NCBI GenBank assembly: GCA_021824155.1
Contig: JAKALN010000001.1
Location: 15 to 64,014 of the forward strand
Direction: 5' to 3'
Source: a bacterium
GTDB lineage: Bacteria; Patescibacteriota; Microgenomatia; Levybacterales; UBA12049
DNA: 64,000 nt
Positions 60,655 through 64,000 of this stretch are shown here, piece after piece (the first letter of the stretch is position 1; each line of letters begins with the position of its first letter). A program made the translations under genes and the position numbers. A model generated the notes under the pieces. That model worked only from the letters and a program-made list of their open reading frames with translations. It did not search any database and had not been told where the DNA came from.

Positions 60655-61607
60655 AAAAATTAAGCGTTGTACTTATTCTATTATTTATTATTCTGGCGGG
60701 GCTTTTTTTATGGTGGAACAGGGGTCTGTCCGCGGCAAACCCCGGCGATAAAACACCGGTAATATTTGCTGTAAATAAAGGAGAAGGAGTAAGAGAAATC
60801 GCAAACCGTTTAAAATCCGAAGGGTTAATAAAAGACCCGATTGTATTTTTCCTTTATACAAGAATAAACGGTTTGGATAAACAAATTCAGGCCGGAGATT
60901 TCCGGATTAACCCCTCTATGTCCGCATCCGAACTTGCGTCAAATTTAACGCACGGAACTTTAGATATTTGGGTAACGGTACCCGAAGGGTTAAGGGCCGA
61001 AGAAATTGCGGATATTTTAAAAAGTAAATTGCCAAACTACAATGATTCATGGAGGCAGTCTCTTGACCAAAACGAAGGATACCTTTTCCCGGACACTTAT
61101 TTAATACCAAGAGACGCCGATGTAAATACGGTTATTACCCTTATGAGGAATAATTTCCAGAAAAAATACGACAGCGTAAAAAATACAAAAACAACCAATT
61201 TAACCGATGCCCAAACAATAATTCTTGCATCGATAATAGAAAAAGAAACAAAGTTCCCGCAGGACCGGCCATTAGTTGCATCTGTATTTGTAAACAGACT
61301 AAATATCGGAATGGCTTTAGGCTCCGACCCGACCGTAATGTACGCCTTAGGTTACCAGGCAGATACCAAAACATGGTGGAAAAAAGATTTAACCGTTGAC
61401 GACTTAAACATAGATTCTTTGTACAACACAAGAAAAAATGCAGGGCTTCCTCCCGGTCCGATAGCAAACCCGGGGCTTTCCGCAATTGAGGCGGCACTTA
61501 ATCCGGCAAAAACGGATTACTTATATTTCTTTGCGGATAAACAGGGACATTTGCATTTTGCAACAACTCTTGAGGGACACAACGCTAATATTAAGAAATA
61601 CGAGTAA
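60651..61607 (+). CDS. mltG: Endolytic murein transglycosylase MltG (YceG-like)
   Basis: N-terminal TM plus YceG-domain blocks (EGYLFPDTY, NTRKNAGLPPGPIANPG). Confidence 0.8.
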   Translation: MKKLSVVLILLFIILAGLFLWWNRGLSAANPGDKTPVIFAVNKGEGVREIANRLKSEGLIKDPIVFFLYTRINGLDKQIQAGDFRINPSMSASELASNLTHGTLDIWVTVPEGLRAEEIADILKSKLPNYNDSWRQSLDQNEGYLFPDTYLIPRDADVNTVITLMRNNFQKKYDSVKNTKTTNLTDAQTIILASIIEKETKFPQDRPLVASVFVNRLNIGMALGSDPTVMYALGYQADTKTWWKKDLTVDDLNIDSLYNTRKNAGLPPGPIANPGLSAIEAALNPAKTDYLYFFADKQGHLHFATTLEGHNANIKKYE

Positions 61608-61744
61608 CCTTTATTAAAGCAAGATTGTGCGGGGAGCTTACAAAATTTTCGCAGTGCGGATTAGCGGGATTAATTTTATGAACAGCTTTGAGTTTAGCGC
61701 GCACGCAAACAAGAAAATTTTCGCAAGCGACCTCAGCACACTAT

Positions 61745-62071
61745 TTAACTTCTTTTAATTTTCTTGAAGAACCTTTTCTTTGGGGAAACTTTGTCTTCTG
61801 TTTTTGGCTGGCCGTTTGAGGTTTCTTTTTTTTCTTCTACTGTTTCGGGGATTTCTTCGCCCTCTTCTTCCATTTCTTCTTCCACTTCGTCAAGAGCTTC
61901 TTCCGGATTTTCCAAACCCATTTCATCAAGATAACTTGTTAAGCCTTCGAGTCCCTCTTCCGACATTGTTTTAAGGATTTTTTTACCCGTTTTTGTCCCT
62001 AAAAGAAAAACAAGCCCTCCTCCTATAATAAGGCCCAAAAAAAATCCGTTCGAAAATCTGCTTTCGCTCAT
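61745..62071 (-). CDS. Small membrane protein with acidic N-terminal region (108 aa)
   Basis: C-terminal TM (FFLGLIIGGGLVFLLG). Confidence 0.4.
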   Translation of the reverse strand: MSESRFSNGFFLGLIIGGGLVFLLGTKTGKKILKTMSEEGLEGLTSYLDEMGLENPEEALDEVEEEMEEEGEEIPETVEEKKETSNGQPKTEDKVSPKKRFFKKIKRS

Positions 62072-62077
62072 ATTATT

Positions 62078-62344
62078 TTATTTTTTGCCTTTTTTATTTC
62101 CGTTTCCGAATAATTTTGCAATAGTAGCACCTGTTTTTAAACCCATTGTCAACGAAGAAAGGTTGGAAATAGGCTTGGAAACGCTTTCGGTAATAACACT
62201 TGTATCATCCAATACTTTATTTACTTTTGTAAGAGTTATTCTTAGTTCCCTTAATATGAAGAATACCTGAATTCCTAAAACAACAAGGAGTATAGTCAAA
62301 ACTATAATTACTAAAAAAAGCGCTGTCTGGGCAGGGTCTATCAT
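62078..62344 (-). CDS. Small membrane protein (88 aa)
   Basis: N-terminal TM (LFLVIIVLTILLVVLGIQVFFIL). Confidence 0.4.
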   Translation of the reverse strand: MIDPAQTALFLVIIVLTILLVVLGIQVFFILRELRITLTKVNKVLDDTSVITESVSKPISNLSSLTMGLKTGATIAKLFGNGNKKGKK

Positions 62345-62408
62345 AGTATAAATAAGTTATCTTAATTACCCTATTCTGTCAAGGGGCGAACTGCGTAGGG
62401 TTCACCCA

Positions 62409-63050
62409 TTATGAACCGGGTTTTACTTCGATATCGCGTTTTATTACCGTTTGTTTGCCAAACTGGTTTACGGCCCTTATGATAAGCGTAGTTTTGCCCG
62501 GAAAAACGTTAATTACTTTTGAAAACACGCCGTTGTTGTCAACCGTAACCTGATAGTTTGAAACAAAAACGGTCGCGTTTGAATCTGTTTTTCCCACAAC
62601 CGTAACTACCGAAGAAGAAATAACCGCATTTTCCAAAGGCGAAGATACAAAAAGGGACGGATTAACCAAAGCTCCCCTATACTGGAATAAAATATATCCT
62701 AAAAAAACCACAAACACAAAAATAGCCAAGAAAAATGTTTGTCTTAGCCTGAATCTTGAAAGCGGAAATTCTTTGGTTTTGGAAAACCCCGGAGGCAGGA
62801 CTTTCATTGACTTTTCTTCGTCAAATTCTCTTCTAAAAAGTGCCAGGGTTTCTGCTTCGGGCATTTGCAAAAATCTTGCATAATTTCTTACAAACCCCTG
62901 GGCGTAAGTAACTGAGGGAAGTTTGTCGTATTCCCCGTTTTCTATAGCCTCTAAAAAAGAAACTTTTATTTTTGTATTTTTTGATACGTCCTCTAAAGTC
63001 AGGCCTTTTTCAAGCCGCATCTCCTGGAATTTCTGTCCTACTTTTATCAT
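62409..63050 (-). CDS. rodZ: RodZ-like protein (N-terminal XRE-HTH, TM, C-terminal domain)
   Basis: HTH (LTLEDVSKNTKIKVSFLEAIENG), then a TM helix (FLAIFVFVVFLGYILF). Confidence 0.6.
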   Translation of the reverse strand: MIKVGQKFQEMRLEKGLTLEDVSKNTKIKVSFLEAIENGEYDKLPSVTYAQGFVRNYARFLQMPEAETLALFRREFDEEKSMKVLPPGFSKTKEFPLSRFRLRQTFFLAIFVFVVFLGYILFQYRGALVNPSLFVSSPLENAVISSSVVTVVGKTDSNATVFVSNYQVTVDNNGVFSKVINVFPGKTTLIIRAVNQFGKQTVIKRDIEVKPGS

Positions 63051-63075
63051 AAAAATGAGGCTTTTTTCGGATAAA

Positions 63076-64000
63076 TTAAGAGTTTTGCTCTAAACTGCTG
63101 ATAAGTTCTTCGGCGTTTCTTACCAAAACGTCCCTTGGTTTCGAGCCCTCCGCATGACTTACGACTTGAGCCTCTTCAAGCTGGTCCAAAATGCGGGCGG
63201 CCCTTGAATAACCTATCGATAAACGTCTTTGCAAAAGTGAAGCCGAAGCCCTGTCATACTGGCAGACTATTCTTATCGCTTCGGTAAACAAATCGTCCCT
63301 TCCGTCACTGCCTGTTGAAGGCGCATTGCCTTTTTTAAGTACCAGAGGGGCGGACGTTACTTCGTCTGTGTATTGGATTTCCGGAGCTTTGGATTTAAGA
63401 TAATCAACAAGTCTCTTTACTTCTTTTTCCGAAATAAAAGCCCCCTGAATTCTGGTCGGCTTCGCCTGGTCGGGAGGAATATAAAGCATATCTCCTCTTC
63501 CCAAAAGTTTTTCCGCTCCCGGCCCGTCGATTATAACCCGGGAATCAATCATTGAAGAAACGTTAAACGCAATTCTTGTTGGAATGTTTGCTTTAATAAG
63601 ACCGGTTATAACGTCAACCGAGGGCCTTTGCGTGGAAACAACAAGATGAATTCCGGTTGCCCTTGCCATTTGCGCCAAACGGGCAATTGCGTCTTCGACT
63701 TCAACCGGAGCAAATGCCATTAAATCTGCCAATTCGTCTATAAATATGACTATATAAGGAAGGGTTTGGAAACCTGCCAGCTCGTTATATCCTTCGATAT
63801 TTCTTACTCCGTTTTCCGCAAAAATTTTATACCTTTGGTCCATCTGGTCCATTGCCCATTTTAAGGAAGCAAGAATTTTTTCGACCTCTACAATAACGGG
63901 AGTCATTAGATGCGGTATTCCGTTGTAACCGGTTAGCTCTACCCGCTTAGGATCTATTAAAATAAGCTTTAATTCATCCGGGGAGGCCCTAAACAAAAGC
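63076..64000 (-). CDS. ftsK: DNA translocase FtsK/SpoIIIE, C-terminal part (ATPase plus gamma winged helix); N-terminus lies beyond the window
   Basis: C-terminal gamma domain LLQRRLSIGYSRAARILDQLEEAQVV; the ORF runs off the window end. Confidence 0.8.
   Translation of the reverse strand, partial: LLFRASPDELKLILIDPKRVELTGYNGIPHLMTPVIVEVEKILASLKWAMDQMDQRYKIFAENGVRNIEGYNELAGFQTLPYIVIFIDELADLMAFAPVEVEDAIARLAQMARATGIHLVVSTQRPSVDVITGLIKANIPTRIAFNVSSMIDSRVIIDGPGAEKLLGRGDMLYIPPDQAKPTRIQGAFISEKEVKRLVDYLKSKAPEIQYTDEVTSAPLVLKKGNAPSTGSDGRDDLFTEAIRIVCQYDRASASLLQRRLSIGYSRAARILDQLEEAQVVSHAEGSKPRDVLVRNAEELISSLEQNS

Overview
This 64-kb window is AT-rich, has a reduced genome style, and is consistent with a Candidate Phyla Radiation (CPR) or Patescibacteria-like bacterium. 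Most of the first 42 kb is a near-complete ribosomal-protein and transcription/translation super-operon on the minus strand. Its gene order is rpoB, rpoC, rpsL, rpsG, fusA, tuf, rpsJ, rplC through rpsQ, rplN through rplO, secY, adk, cmk, map, infA, rpmJ, rpsM, rpsK, rpsD, rpoA, rplQ, rplM, rpsI. No rpmD (L30) lies between rpsE and rplO, and several ribosomal proteins carry terminal extensions. Two insertions interrupt this super-operon: an unknown 203-aa gene with a GC-rich 55-bp tandem repeat between rpsJ and rplC, and an eight-gene block between tuf and fusA. The 5' end of the window carries an AI-2E transporter, HU, RNase Y, recX and recA. After recA comes a plus-strand isoprenoid cluster: tRNA-Pro, a polyprenyl synthase, ispH and an IDI-like gene. 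Upstream of rpoB, where rplKAJL normally sits, there is instead a roughly 12-kb accessory, defense-like island (about 42.1 to 54.3 kb). It contains an EEP nuclease/phosphatase, a DedA protein, a Doc-family toxin cassette, an MmeI-like type IIG restriction-modification enzyme, and a tightly overlapped ubiquitin-like, E2-like, JAB and E1-like operon (Bil-like) followed by a small membrane protein. A divergent XRE-HTH and ImmA/IrrE pair sits beside that operon. The island also holds a four-helix-bundle (23S rRNA IVS-type) gene and a Fic protein. A roughly 110-bp palindromic element built from TGGAA/TTCCA pentamers recurs in this island: two intact copies, one split by the four-helix-bundle gene, and one fragment. 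The 3' end of the window encodes a compact AlaRS, a large surface protein with a sortase, an AMP/thymidine phosphorylase-family enzyme, MltG, a RodZ-like protein and a partial FtsK. rpmJ (L36), a small Doc-associated ORF and a 59-aa ORF were missing from the ORF track and were found by hand translation.
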